Source of the DNA: Phoronis australis
Taxonomy: Eukaryota; Animalia; Phoronida
Reading direction: 5' to 3'
Length of the DNA stretch: 64,000 bases
Assembly: GCA_002633005.1 (NCBI GenBank)
Contig: NMRA01000737.1
Coordinates: 104,884 to 168,883, forward strand
Shown here: in pieces, positions 63,428 through 64,000 of the stretch
How the letters are laid out: the number at the start of each line of letters is the position of its first letter
How positions within the stretch are numbered: the stretch's first letter is position 1
Position numbers and translations under genes: made by a program
Notes under the pieces: generated by a model
The model's input: the letters and a program-made list of their open reading frames with translations, nothing else
Told to the model about the DNA's origin: nothing
The model's database searches: none

Positions 63428-64000
63428 TAGTAGTGACGTGCTTTTCATCACAATGCATGCGACACTTGAATTAAAATGTACACGTGCGGTTACGTCGTAA
63501 TTACAATTAATTAAAGCGATAATTACCCGAAGCGCCAAGAAACAATTTTCACAAAGAAATTCTTAGTTGGATTTTTATCCTCGTACTAAGAAAATCCCGC
63601 TGAAATGCTATTTCAGGGCCTTCGAAAACTGTGGTTGTGTCTCCGCTTTCGACATCCTAGATTCACCTGTGAAAATAAATATATTTTGGAGAAAAGTGAC
63701 CCAGTCAAAACAAGCCCCATGTGCTATATTGTTGACGCACGCCTAAAACTAACAGGTCTGGTGAAATATCAATAATTGGGATGTTATAACAAGTAGGCAG
63801 CATTGATATTAGTGTGCATTTCGTGTTCGCCCTGCTATTTCGACCATAGATTATAGACAACAGATTCGCAACTCCGATATTTTCTTGCGTAATATCCTAA
63901 AGGAGGCGCCACTCTCCTAAATTATCCGTTGCAGTTTCCGGTTAGTGTGTTTAGACGACACAACAGCCAACCATGATTAGCAGATGACGTACTTGCCGGA

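Overview
This is AT-rich (~38% GC by eye), intron-containing animal genomic DNA, probably from a marine invertebrate. It comes from a draft assembly with single-N joins at 16135, 24491, 37113, 51775 and 52843 and a gap at 59974-60722. Host genes are two divergently oriented CTHRC1-like paralogues and an intronless class A GPCR of the melatonin-receptor-like type (60883-61941, minus). Gene A (minus, 14498->8671) has a collagen exon plus three C-terminal-domain exons, and its first exon was not found. Gene B (plus) has C-terminal exons at 40668-44240 and a probable signal-peptide exon at 32632, and its collagen exon was not found. Both share concerted Cys->Phe losses relative to vertebrate CTHRC1. 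The rest is mostly mobile DNA: a Penelope-like retroelement with a GIY-YIG remnant and two minimal hammerhead ribozymes, Kolobok-like TTAA-flanked elements with THAP and P2X7-ballast-like remnants (one built from two head-to-head 5' ends), an RT+RNase H LINE, SINE fragments and several MITEs. Three near-identical duplications sit at N joins, and at least two are likely haplotype-overlap artefacts. All calls come from manual reading and no database searches were run.
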